A stretch of 64,000 nt of DNA. It comes from the human T2T-CHM13v2.0 reference genome, Homo sapiens. The translations under genes were made by a program, and so were the position numbers. The stretch's first letter is position 1; the number at the start of each line of letters is the position of its first letter. Below are positions 42,963-57,619 of the stretch, one piece after another. The stretch lies in NCBI RefSeq assembly GCF_009914755.1, contig NC_060925.1. One strand, given 5' to 3'. Below the pieces are notes generated by a model. That model searched no databases and was not told where the DNA came from. It saw only the letters and a list, made by a program, of their open reading frames with translations.

Positions 42963-43790
42963 GTCTATCATCTATCTATATGTAGTGCTGATTTCATTTC
43001 CTTTGGGGATTTACCCAGAAGAAGGATCGCTAGGTCACATCGTAGTTCTGTTTTTAATTTTTTGAGGAACCTCCATATTGTTTTCCATAATGGCTGCACC
43101 AATTTACATTTTCCCCAACAATGAACAAAAGTTGCCCTTTCTTTACACCCTCATCAACATTTGCTATTTTTATCTTGTTTGATAATAGTTATTCTAACAG
43201 GTGTAAGATAATATCTCATTGTAGTTTTGATTTGCATTTTCCTGAAGATCAGTGATGTTAAGCATCTATTCAAATATCTGTGCCATTTATGTCTCCTTTG
43301 GTCCATTATTTACTCAGGTTCTTTACTCAAAGATATTTACTCGGGTTCTTTACTCAAAGAATATTAACGTCTACACTCAAGACACATAACTCTCATTCAT
43401 TTTTCTATGATTTCACATTTTTTTTCTTCAAAGATCCTGAGTAAAAAATTTTGAAATCAGGTTGTTTTTTTTTTTTTTTTGCTTTTGAATTGTGAGAGCT
43501 CCTTATATATTTTAAATATTAACCCCTTAAAAGACATATGGTTTGAAAATATTTTTCCAAATCCATAGGAAGTCTTTTCATCTTGTTGATTGCTTCCTTT
43601 TTTGTATAGAAGTTTTCAGTTTGATGTAGTCCTACTTGTTTATTTTTCTTTTGTTGCATGTCCTTTGATGTCCTATTCAAACAATCATAGCCAAGGCCAA
43701 TGTCTAGGAGCTTTTCCCCTGTGTTTTCTTCCAGGAGTTTTATGATTTCAGGTCTTATGTTTAAGTCTTTAATTCATTTTGAGTTTGAGT
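42295..43790 (-). mobile_element. L1MA (MA8-10-like) 3' segment
   Basis: aaatctactctcttagcaaa...aatacaatattattaacta 3' UTR, followed by antisense ORF2. Confidence 0.88.
42895..42980. repeat. (TCTG)n(TCTA)n tetranucleotide STR inside L1
   Basis: Direct reading. Confidence 0.93.
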
Positions 43791-43794
43791 TTCA

Positions 43795-44770
43795 GCTGAG
43801 CCCAGTATTACGCTGAAGCCAAACCCAGAAAAGGGTACTATAGGAAAAAAAGTATAGGCCGTATCTCTGATAAACATGGTTGCAAAAATCTTCACCAAAG
43901 TAATAACAAACTGAATTCAACAGCACATTAAAAGAATCATTCACCATGATCAAATAGCAGTCATCTTAGAGATGTGAGAATGATTAAACCTATGCAAACC
44001 AATAAATATAACAACACATTAAGAGAATGAATCACAAAAACCATACGATAATCTTAATAGATGCAGAAAAATCATCCGACAAAATTGAACATCTTTCTTA
44101 ATAAAAACTCTCAAAAAATTAGATATACAGGGAATGTACTTCAGTACAGTAAAGGCCATATATCACAAGCATGCAGCTAACATCACAGTCAATAGTGAAA
44201 AGTTGAAAGCTTTTCTTCTAATATTAAGAACAAGACAAGGATGCCCACTCTCCTCATTTTTACTCCACATAGTACTGGAAGCCCTAGCCAGATTAATTAG
44301 GAAGAAAAAGAAATAAAAGCACCCAAATCAGAAAGAAAAAGTTAAATAGACTCTGTAGATACCATATTATATGTAGGAAACTCGGAAGCCTCCACCAAAA
44401 AACAGAACAGTTAGAATAAATGTATTCAATAAAGCTGCAGGATACAAAATTCACATGCAAAAATTAGTGATGTTTCTATAAATTAACAAAAAATTATCCA
44501 AAAAAGAAATCAAAGAGTTAATCTCACTTACAGTAGCATAAAAATAAACACTTAGCGATAAATTTAACCAAGGAGGTGAAAGACCTGTATACTGAAAATT
44601 ATAAAACATGAATTAAAGAAATTGAAGAAAGCACAAGTAAGTGATAAGATACCCTATGTTCAAGGACTGGAAGAATCAATAGTGTTAAAATATCCATACT
44701 ATCCAAAGCAATCTAAATATTCAATAGAATCCCTACAAACATTCCACTGGCATTTTTCATAAAAAAAATC
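43795..44770 (+). mobile_element. L1 ORF2 reverse-transcriptase segment, inverted relative to the adjacent L1MA
   Basis: Degenerate RT motifs (ORF 44134-44316 TRQGCPLS; gatgcagaaaaatcatccgacaaaatt). Confidence 0.88.
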
Positions 44771-44948
44771 ACTGAAGAGTTTTTTAAGGTAAGATGATTG
44801 GATGATTTACCATTGAAATGTTGACATCTTGTCAAAGCATGTTACAGAATAAGATCATAGAAATAAACAGTGCCACGGAGAAATGATACATTCCAAGAAA
44901 ATTCGCTCAAAAATTTTGAAGCAAATTTTGCTATGAAAAGCAATAATT

Positions 44949-45290
44949 GGGCTGGGCATGGTGGCTCACTCCTTTAATCCCAGTCTTTTGGGAGGCTGAG
45001 TGGGTGGATCACAAGGTCAGAAGATCGAGACCATCCTGGCCAACATGTTGAAACCCCGTCTTTACAAAAAATACAAAAATTAGCTGGATGTGGTGGCACG
45101 CACTTGTAATCCCAGCTCTACTCGGGAGGCTGAGGCAGGAAAATGGCTTGAATCTGGGAGGTGGAGATTGCAGTGAGCCGAGATCGTGCCACGGCCACTG
45201 CGCTCCAGCCTGGCAACAGAGTGAGACTCTATCTCAAAAAAAAAAAAAAAAAAAAAAAAAAAAGAAAGAAAGAAAAAAGAAAGAAAGAAA
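44949..45290 (+). mobile_element. AluSc-like element with long A/GAAA tail
   Basis: TSD gaaaagcaataatt at both ends. Confidence 0.95.
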
Positions 45291-45351
45291 AGCAATAATT
45301 GCCCAATAAAATGTAATCTGAAACCCTAAGAGACATTTCAGTTTATCAACT

Positions 45352-45478
45352 GTGAGGTGGACCCTATTTAGCTGATGTGATTACTATGCATTGCATGCTT
45401 ATATTAAAATAGCTCACATAACCTATAAATATGTACACCTACTATGTACCCACAAAAATTTTAAGAAGTTTAAAAAAA
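45352..45478 (+). mobile_element. L1MA 3' terminal fragment
   Basis: tgatgtgattactatgcattgcatg...acctactatgtacccacaaaaatt. Confidence 0.75.
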
Positions 45479-46307
45479 GTATATGCCCTTTACTGATCAA
45501 TTACATTATACTAAAATATATTATAAAATAATTAGAGATAAATGCAATTTGGTTTTCTCAGCACTGCTTAAACTAGTAGTGAAGAAGAACCCATATAATG
45601 GATTTTATAAATAAATTTCAGTGCATTTATAATATGGGATAATATGTGACCACTGAAGGTAGCACTATATACCGAAGTATGTTGAGATGCAAAATGTATT
45701 TTGGTATATCAAGTGATAATAAGGTTCAGTTTGATTATACATATGAAAATAAATAAATAAAAATAAACTGTGAGGTGATATACAATATTTTGTGAACTTA
45801 CATTTAATTCCTCAATTAGCAAAAATTTAAGCAAATGATGCTGTAACCTAGGTTTTTTCTTCAATAAAAATTTTCTAGGATTTACAACCATCATTTTTTA
45901 ATAAAAATATTATCTTTACAATGAAGTCTGTTTTTTTCCCACAGCACTTATCTTATGTTAAATATAATACACTTACATTTAACATTTATTGTATATTTTT
46001 CTGTCTCTGCTCACAAGAATGTAAGCCCAATAAGGTAACAGACTTTAGTTGTTTTTTTTTTTAATTCACAGAAATACTCTAAATTTCTACAACAATGCTA
46101 AGAATATATAGTAGGGTCTCAATACATATTTATTAAAAAATGAATGAATGAATTATTCTCTGTGATGCATATAAAGCAATAAAGAAGGTATGCGCTATCA
46201 CACTTATGCAACTTATGAAAAAAATTAGCTTTCCATTCTTGAAATGTCATTACTCTTCTTAATGTCAGTCATATGGCTTAATTTACAAACATAGATTCAT
46301 TTGGAAC

Positions 46308-46437
46308 AGATTTTGAAATTACTAATTTGAGTGTAAATCTTTATTTTAGCAGTGAACTCACTTAATTACATAAGATTTTGAAATTACTAATTTGAGTGTA
46401 AATCTTAATTTTAGTAGGGCACTCACTTATCTACATA
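46308..46437. repeat. 65-bp tandem duplication (2 copies, 6 mismatches)
   Basis: agattttgaaattactaatttgagtgtaaatc... starts at 46308 and 46373. Confidence 0.92.
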
Positions 46438-46817
46438 GTCTATACACATGATGAATAGTGTATGAGAAAAATCAGAATCAAAATATTTATTTATATTACT
46501 ATTTCTACACCCATTACAGGACTTCTATTTCTATACTCTAGTGTATCAGCACCATAACCTAGATATTTAAATCAATTTCATTTGTCTGGTTATACCTGCT
46601 ATAAAGAATTCATTTTGTTGGTACACATTTCACTTGTGAATAGAAATCATTAGAAAGGTGGATTTAATAAATATTGTAAAACCAGAGAACAGAATTCGGT
46701 TGGGCAATGAGAGGCAATGAAAGGATGATATGAGAGAAATGGGAGGATGATGATCAAGAGGCTAAGGGCTTTGAGCTGTATGAAAAAGATTCGAACTAAC
46801 TGCAAGAAAGAATTTGA

Positions 46818-47252
<435 letters not shown>

Positions 47253-47452
47253 TTACATTAATTTCTCTAATAATATTCAACAGCTTAAAACTATACTGAA
47301 CGAAAGGTTAGGTTAACCCAAGATTAGGGAGTGGAATGAAGTGAAATTCAGTTAGAATGGAAGAAAGATGGAAATATATATTCTCTACCCTCCACTGAAC
47401 TACCAAACTAAAATTATAAATTCAAATATTTCCCACCTTATGACCATCCTAA

Positions 47453-47453
<1 letters not shown>

Positions 47454-47497
<44 letters not shown>
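47454..47497. repeat. (TA)22
   Basis: Direct reading. Confidence 0.97.
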
Positions 47498-47498
<1 letters not shown>

Positions 47499-48044
47499 TG
47501 ATTTTAATTCATGCTTTAGCTAATATTGGTTAAAAAAACATGTTCTGGCTGAGTTAAAAATCTGACTCAAGCTAATGGCAGAGCTGAAAAATAATCTTTA
47601 AATTTCTACAGATTAGATTGCCAGCTCTCTGGGCAATAAATTCTCCTAGGTATTTTTTAGCTGAAATTGTCTTGATTTCCTCTTCATTTCTGAAGTAAAA
47701 ACCTATGTGTGAAACTTTACATTTTTAACAAAATCATTTGGGAACCAATATTTTAATAGCCAGAAAGTCTCTGGGCTATTCCCAGCTAGAGCTAAAGAGA
47801 TAATGATTTCTTTTATACCATGTGAATCCTTGTATCCCCTCTTCACAATTCTGGTAAAAACAAAACAAAACAAAAAACCCATAACCAAGCACATTCATTT
47901 AACAAACTCATTCAACCAAAATTTACTATATTTCTGTTACACACCAAGCAGTCAATACATGGGGTAACCAATAGCTTATGATGGGGCCTGGCATAAAAAG
48001 ATAAATTTAGGCAAACAGATTTCCTCTCTTAGCAGTCTGAGCTG

Positions 48045-48553
48045 TACACAAAGGAATATAAATCATCCCATTATAAAGACACATGCATATGTATGTTCAC
48101 TGCAGCACTATTCACAATAGCAAAGACATGGAATCAACCTAAATTCCCATCAATGATAGACTGGATAAAGAAAATGTGGTACATGTACACCATGGAATAC
48201 TATTCAGCCATAAAAAGGAATGAGATCATGTCATTTGCAGGGACCTGGAGGGAGCTGGAGGTCATTATCCTTAGCAAGGTAATACAGGAACGGACAACCA
48301 AATACTGCATGTTCTCACTTAGAAGTGGAAACTAAATTATGAGAACACATGAACACATAGAGGGGAATGACACACACTGGGGCCTATGAGAGGGTGAAGG
48401 ATGGGAGGAGGGAGAGGATCAAGAAAAATAATGAGTACTAGGCTTAATACTTGGGTGATAAAATAATCTCTATAACAAACCACATGAAAAAAGTTTACCT
48501 ATGTAGCAAACCTGCACACGTACCCTGAACTTAAAATAAAAGTTTAAAAAAAG
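48045..48553 (+). mobile_element. L1PA (~PA11-15) 3' end
   Basis: ORF 48093-48335 is the ORF2p C-terminus; 3' UTR runs to acttaaaataaaagtt. Confidence 0.92.
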
Positions 48554-49254
48554 AAATCCAAGCCAATAGACAGTAAGCTATTGGGACATTTCATGGAGAA
48601 ATGAGAGCTAAAAGGCTGCAATGTGGCGTGGGTCTAAGGGTCATGACAGCCATGTGATAGAAGTTCAGAGGAGGCAAGAGTAAGCCATGGAGAGAACAAG
48701 AGTGGACAGAAATTTAGTTTCTTCTGAAGAAGAAATCACATGGCTCACAAAAGAGAGATGGCAAAGGTCTTGCCCCAGGACTGTCCCACTGGTTCTTGCA
48801 GTTCCAGTTCCAGGGTCCTTTCATGTCCAGAATACAATAGGCTTCATGTGCATAGTCAGTGAGTTTCTGATTTTCCATCTAAGAGGAGCCTAAGTAGAAA
48901 CTGACATTTGAATAATTATTTCACCATTCATTTCTATGAGGACACATAGTACTCTATGTATATTTACATACTAGGATCTGCACCCTGAGCACACATCTAC
49001 ACCCAGGACACATAACTCTCGTTTAGTTTTCTATGATTTCACTTTTCTTCTCTTCATAGAAACTTGACTCTAAGAGGTAAGCTATAGCCTGAACATGTAA
49101 GCTTTGAGTGGGCATGGAAGACTTGCGTATTACTAATATTCCCGTCTTACAGGTCCTGTGATGGAAGACAGGCAATATGCCCAGTTGGAAGAGTATTTGC
49201 TTTGTGGCTGTGAAACTCTAGATGGGAATTCTGGCTCCATTGCTAGTCATGTGA

Positions 49255-49595
49255 CTGCTATTAAAGACACACCTAAGACTGGGTAAATTATAAAGGAAAG
49301 AGGTCTAATTGACTCACAGTTCCACATGGCTGGGGAAGCCTCACAATCATGTGGAAGGCAAATGGTGAGCAAAGTCTCGTCTTACATGGCGGCAGGCAAG
49401 AGAGCATGTGCAGGGGAACTCCCCTTTATAAAACCACCAGATCTAGTGAGACTTACTCACTGTCAGGAAAGCACAGGAAAGACCTGCCCCCATGATTCAA
49501 CTACCTCCCACCAGGTCCCTCCCACAACATATGGGGATTATTACAATTCAAGGTGAGATTTGAATTGTAATCTCACACAGAGCCAAGCCATATCA
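49255..49595 (-). mobile_element. THE1 (B/C-like) solo LTR inside a MIR
   Basis: agactgggtaaattataaaggaaagagg...gagccaagccatatca. Confidence 0.9.
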
Positions 49596-49949
49596 ATCAC
49601 TTTTATCCTCCAAGCCTTAGTTGATGTCAATAAAAAAAAATATTTAAAAATTTCACTCTCAAGTAGGTTGTGGAAATACTATATGTAGCAGCAATTACTA
49701 CCAGCACATGGTAGACAGTCAATAATCTTTACTTCCATGTGTGACTTGCCCATGGTCACATCTGACAATGAGCAAGAGTCTCTTCTGAAACCCACTCATA
49801 ACTCCATTGTATCCTTCAGCTCAGGTATTTCTACATGTGGATGAAAATAAATTCAGGTGATACTCAAGCCTGGATACTGTTATCTTCCAGATTCTTTTTG
49901 AAGACACTGCTCCATATTCTTCCTTTCTTCTTGATATCCTAAGGTGCCT

Positions 49950-51806
49950 TCTTTTATCATTTTCTTTCTTCTGAAAAAGCTTTCTTTAGCCATTCTTTTG
50001 GTTAAGGATTCCTGGCAATACATTCTCTTAGTTTTTCTTCAGCCGAGAATGTCTTGATTTCTGGCTCATTTCTGAAGGATACAGGATTTTGAGCTGACAG
50101 TTCTTGTTTTAGCATTTGAAAAATGTCCCACTTTCTTCCAGACTCCATGGCTTGTGATGAGAAATCCCCTGTTATTAGAATTGTTTGTCCCCAATAAGTA
50201 AGGTGTCATCTTCCTCTTGCTGTTATCGAGGTTTTATCTTTTTCTTCAGTTTTCAGAAATTTGAATATGATGGATTTTGGTATGGATTTCTTTGAAGCTG
50301 CCCTCTTTGGAAGTCTACCTTGACCTCTTGAATCTACAGGTTTATGTCTTTTGCAAAAATTGGAATATTTTTAGCCATTATTTTTTTTCCATTCCTGCCT
50401 TTTTCACCTCTCCTCTGGGACTCTGAGGACATTAGTGTTACATCTTTTGTTATAGTCCCACAGTTCCCTGAGGGCTGTTTTCATTCTTTTCTTCAGTCTT
50501 TTTTTCTCTCTGTTTTTCATATTGGCCAATTTCTATTGCCAATTTCTATTGCTCTATCTTCTAGTTCACTGATTCTTTCTTCTGTTCTCTTATTTTACTA
50601 TTGAGCACATCAGCTGAGTTTTATATTTAAGTGATTGCATTTTTAAGTCCAAAATTTTCATCTTTATATCTTCTATTTCTTTGATGAGACTTTCTGTTGT
50701 TTCATTTGTTTCAATCATACTTGTAGTTGCTTGTTAATGCAATTTTATAATGGAGGCTTAAAATATCTGACAGATAATTATAGTATCTCTGTCATGTTAA
50801 TGTGGGCATCTATCAATTCTTTTTTATGATCCAGCCTGAGGTTTTCCTGGGTCTTGGTATCATGAGTAATTTTTAATTGAAATCTTGACAATTTTGGTAT
50901 AATATTAAGAGACTCTTGATTTTATTTAAACTTTGTTTCTGCTAGCTTTCCTTGGTGTCAGTCTGGCAGGGGAAGTGGAGAATGCCAGCTCCTTAATGCC
51001 AGATAGAAGCCCAGGTATCTTACTTGGCTTTCTTGGACACCCGAGGGGCATGGCTCCTGGTTACTGCTGGGAGGAGGTGAGAATTCTGGCTCTCCAGTAA
51101 GCCTGCACTGACACATCCCTGGCTAAGAGATGCAGGCACGCCTTGTTGCTGCTCCCTACTTGGCCTTCACTGACACCATAAGAAGGAGGAAAGGAGAGTG
51201 GCCTTATTACCACACGGTGATGATGAAGGTCCTGACTCTGCACTAGACCTCCTCTACTACTACTGCAGAAGGTGGGAGGACGGACACCTCATTACTCTCA
51301 GGTGAGGGTAGAAGTCCAGGCTTCTGATATGGGATGGGGGTGAGGGCTCATTTTTGCCCAGTGGGGATGTGAGACTGCTTGGTGAGGGTGGACGTCTAAG
51401 ATCCCTACTTGTCCTTTGCTTGCATGGATGGGTGTAGGGATGGAATATTTATCCGTGGTGTTGGGTGGAGCAGGGAAGTTATGTCTAAAAGTTCTCTCTC
51501 TTGCTAGACTGCCCCTTTCCTGGTTCTTTGGCTAGAGAGAGCAGGCTTTTCATCTGTGCCTATTGTTGTTTCTGGGTTGTTGAGCTTCTTTGGCTCCAAG
51601 TGTGAGATGAGATATGTGAGGAAAAAAATCCCAGGAAACTCACCACTGTGTTGTTTCTCGGGTCTTGAGATCCCTAGCCAATCTGCCTTCTCTTCACCTT
51701 TCAGTCTTCTTATATCATCAGTTTTACATATAAGGGTTTTTAGCTGTATACAGTGGGAGGCACAGAGAAAAGTAAATCTATTCCATCTTCTTGGAAGCAG
51801 AAGTCT
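49950..51806 (-). mobile_element. Ancient L1M 5' end (5' UTR with degenerate monomer-like repeats, plus ORF1 region)
   Basis: Sense start gacttctgcttccaagaagatggaa; T-rich antisense ORF1/linker; repeated ggtgagggt-gaagtccagg-type units at 50990-51420. Confidence 0.7.
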
Positions 51807-52731
51807 GCCTCCATTAGCTTTCTAATACATATTATTTCCACCATAGATTGTAGGTATTTCATAGAACAATGTTAATTCTGATTGTCAAGTTAGCAACATG
51901 AACTATTTACACTCTACCCTTTTGCCAGAGAATATGTGATGCCAAACTTTCTGCTTTCCAATTACCATCAATGCTAAGTAGTGAGAAGTCATTATTAATG
52001 GAGTATTACCAGAGAGTTCACAGTTCACAGTCTAGTCATATAAAAAGCTTGGTACCTAGGTCAATTCAGACTACAAAACCTGAATGAGAAATTCTTATGC
52101 TAAAATGTGCTGACAGTACTAAGCCCATGTTGAGCAACATTATTTTTAAAAAGTATATGAATACTTTTTAATGTTCTAATTTTTATTATTTTAGGGGTAT
52201 TATTAAGAGTACAATTCACTACATCTCACAGCATCCCTTTAAGAGGACAAGGGAAGAAAGAAGTTCCCTCAGCTTTGTACCACAAGAAGCTGAACAATCA
52301 ATTTATTTTAATATTTTAAAAGTTATAAAGCTAATAATTTATTTCTTTGGCTGCCAGGAATCTCAGGATCAAATTTGGTAATGACATAGATTTTCATACC
52401 CTTGATTTCATTTTGTTTTTCAATTGAGATTTTACTTTTACTCAGATTTCCTCATGTATTGTTTTTCCAGGAGGACAGTACTCATTTTGGTACCTGATCT
52501 TATTTATTTCAGGATCACATGGGTGAATAAATGTATTAAGAAAAGACAGTGGGTTCGTAAGCCCTCAACAGGACAGGAAATAAACCTCAGGTCTCTTCAT
52601 AACTTGTCAGAGGAACTTAATACATGCTGCCATTTTGATCCCAAATGGCCTCCTTTTCAAGAGGCCCAAAAACGAATCTATTTTTTTTTTGTCACATAAC
52701 TTACATTGCATTTGTGAGATGGAGATTTTTA

Positions 52732-52911
<180 letters not shown>

Positions 52912-53251
52912 TCAGAATAATCAATGGTTAGCACACTGATCACTTGAGTATACTGTCTTATATTACTTCTATTACTATGATGTGATGACAGCGTCACTGG
53001 ACAAATTTCAAATTACTTTATCTCTGTTTAAGATGTATATACATATGTAGTGTATAAATGTTATGTTTTAAAGCATGTTAATTTGTTAATGGATGTTTAT
53101 TTATTTTAAGGACTTTGATACCAATATTGAATTTAGACATGTTATACAAGTAGGTATAGCAAACACAGAATTCTCTGTGCACACATATTACATGCATATT
53201 ACAATTGGATATACAGTAATGTGTAAAAGATTGCATAGAATATTTGAGCAT

Positions 53252-53766
<515 letters not shown>

Positions 53767-54361
53767 TCACATATTAGAAAGTTTTAATCAAGTTAAAGAG
53801 AATTTACTAGAATCCAGTAATTAGAGTGTATGAATTTAATTTTTTAATATTTAATTAGCCAGACATTACCAGTATATTATTCCCTAATAGTAATAAAAAT
53901 TGTATGGATAGAAAGAATACTTTGGGGCTATTTTAAAAATGAGTATATTGTACTAAAGCTACTTTGAATTCTCAAATGTTAAACATCCCAGAGTACATTA
54001 ATGCTTTCATAATAAAGGAATATAATTTGATATTCCTGGTGTTCCCTTATAAGTCAGGGGTCCTTTAAGCATTTTCTGAACTAAAGGCAGTTCAACTTAT
54101 GCAAGAATTTGACACTGCCTTAAACCAGGGCTTCACAAACAACATAAACAAATAACTGGTTCAGCCTCACGTGGTGAGTTCTTTGTCATCACCTCCACCA
54201 CCACTAGTCACCAGCAATATCAATATGTATTTACTGGAGTGCTTACTCTGAGGTAGCACACACAGCCTTCCTTTAAAAAATGGCCAGAACTTAAAATTAA
54301 ATTAAATTAAAAAATAAAATAAAATAATTAAATAAGAAAAGAAACAAAAAGTTAAAGGGCT

Positions 54362-55179
<818 letters not shown>

Positions 55180-57619
55180 GGTGGCTTTCTTTTTATCCTG
55201 TTCATATCTGTTTCAGATAAAATTGAACGTTTGCATGACTACTGCTTTTGTACTCAACACAAAAATGTTTGTGGAAATGTCTACTTGTGGCTCCCACACC
55301 TCAAACATCTTCCTCTACATATTACTATAGCATTCCTTAGTTAGGAATATTCAATGCTGACACTTCAAAATTCATAATAGACATTTTGGATACAAAGTAT
55401 TAAGTTGGGCAAATTAGAAACCGGACATTAAGATTCTACTTCTATATTATTTATCAGTGATTCCTCACAGTTTTTATGTTTTAACCATAAAAAGGCTAAT
55501 AGTGGACAGAATTTATAGTGAGAATACAAAAACACACATATATATACACATATCTTCAGTTATACTAAAAGAAATCTACATAACAAAAGTTAAAGGAAAG
55601 CATTTTTTAAGGAAAGCTGTAACAAACTTTTTGATAGACACACAGCTATCTCTGCATAATATAACTGGCATAGTCAATACATACCAACCCAATGGCTTCT
55701 TTACATACACACTACTTTGAAGTAATAAAGAAATATTGGTTTTTTTCCTCCCTTATTTAGTTGACCCAAGAGAGTAAATTTGAGCTAAGTAGATAAATAA
55801 TTTATTTCTACCTCCACTGTTAGAAGACTATCATTAACAGTAAGGGGTAAAATTTCAAAGTGGTATACAGGGATTTGGCCACATATTCTATTGATATTAA
55901 TGGACATAAAATGGCAACACAGCTTTGAAAAATTAACCAGTGACACTTAAAGGGCAACATTATTACACAGGTGTTAAAAAAATCAGCAAATTCTTATTGG
56001 CATTTGAAGATGTTCAATTAGGTCAATAAGACATTTTCCAATTTATGCTTTTCTTCCTTTCTAACGCTTTTATAATGTACCTAATGAACAGAAAATCTTT
56101 TCAAAAAATAAGAGTATTTTTTCAAGTTAAGAGTAACTATGTTCTCTGAGGAAATGAGATCCAAAAAATGAAGAAATGATCTCTCTGTTGCTGGACTACA
56201 GTAAATTCAGTTTTTATTTCCATTATAAACCCAGTTTGATTTTTTATAACTCAACTGATTTAATACAAAATATAATCTACCTGTTCTCAGCATTTTTATG
56301 GGGAATAGTTCTTAAGAATGACTTCATCCACTAAGAACGGTTTCTAGAAGGAAAATGAAGGTATATAAAAAGATCTTTCTAAATTGCTATATAGAATTTA
56401 TTTTTAGTTTTAAAATGACAGAAATGAAGTAATAATAGGTTCAAGATAAAAATAAAACTGTTGGTTTAAAGAAAATACATATATCAATGCCATACAAAAT
56501 TGTACATATGCCAATTAAAATCATAAAGACTTCCTGAATTACAATTATCGAGATAAAGGTCTTTTAAAATTTTGTCACTGCTACAGTGATTAATGATTTT
56601 AGACCAAAGACTAGGGAGGAAGAAGCCAGTGTGAGAAGTTCAAAGAATGTGTATGCGGGCTCTATCTTTAAGGAAACAACAAGGTTTAAATCAAGAAATT
56701 GAAATCCTATACACTTAATTGAACTAACAGGTAACATGCAATTTAAATTAAGCCCTCATCTACATGGGGTGGCCAGATGAACCTAATGGGGAATTCAGTT
56801 ACATCAAGCCATTCTGCTTCAACTGTGTGGAATCCTCCAATAAAAATCAAGCCATTCTGAGTTCCCACGTTTTGAAACAAGCTGCAGGTTCGAACAAACA
56901 AACGAAAAATGAACTGGACTTATGAGTTGCAACATTGCTACCAAGAACTTTGCTTTGCATTATGTGGCTCTTGTGGTGGACTAGACTGAACTGTAACTTT
57001 TGGTCAATAATCATTCTAGGCCCTCCATGTAGTCATAATTTAAAATACAAATCAGTGTGTTGAATTCATAGATTGTCTTAGATAAACTACACAGAACATT
57101 CTTGAATTGATTCATGTTTCAGAAAAACATTTTAGTAAGCCAGAGATTTTGAATTAAGTTAATCAATCTGATTTTGATGAAAAGTATTTTTCTTAAGAAA
57201 ATGAACTCTCATTTGTCAGATATCATTTTAAATACAATTTCAGAAACGCTATCATTGGCTATAATATTATATATTGATATATGTGTATTAATGTATTATG
57301 ACAATCAGGTTCCTTACTCAGTCTTCATTTATCCATTCATCTGTCTATCCACAAAATATTTTTTAAGCACCTATGGCTTTTTTTTTCCTGGTTCATCAGT
57401 TTGTGTCCTAACTATATATCTACGCTTGACTCACAAAACACCAGGTCTTATCATTGTAGTAGGTTATTTCAAGTTAATAATTTGAATCCAGTTATTCATT
57501 CTCTACCAGTATTCCATTAGAAACAATTCACATTTGTTAGAACATTATACATTTTATAAATACTATTAATATGAATTCTATCAAGAAGGCAATTTGAGGA
57601 TGAACTAGTTACCAACATC

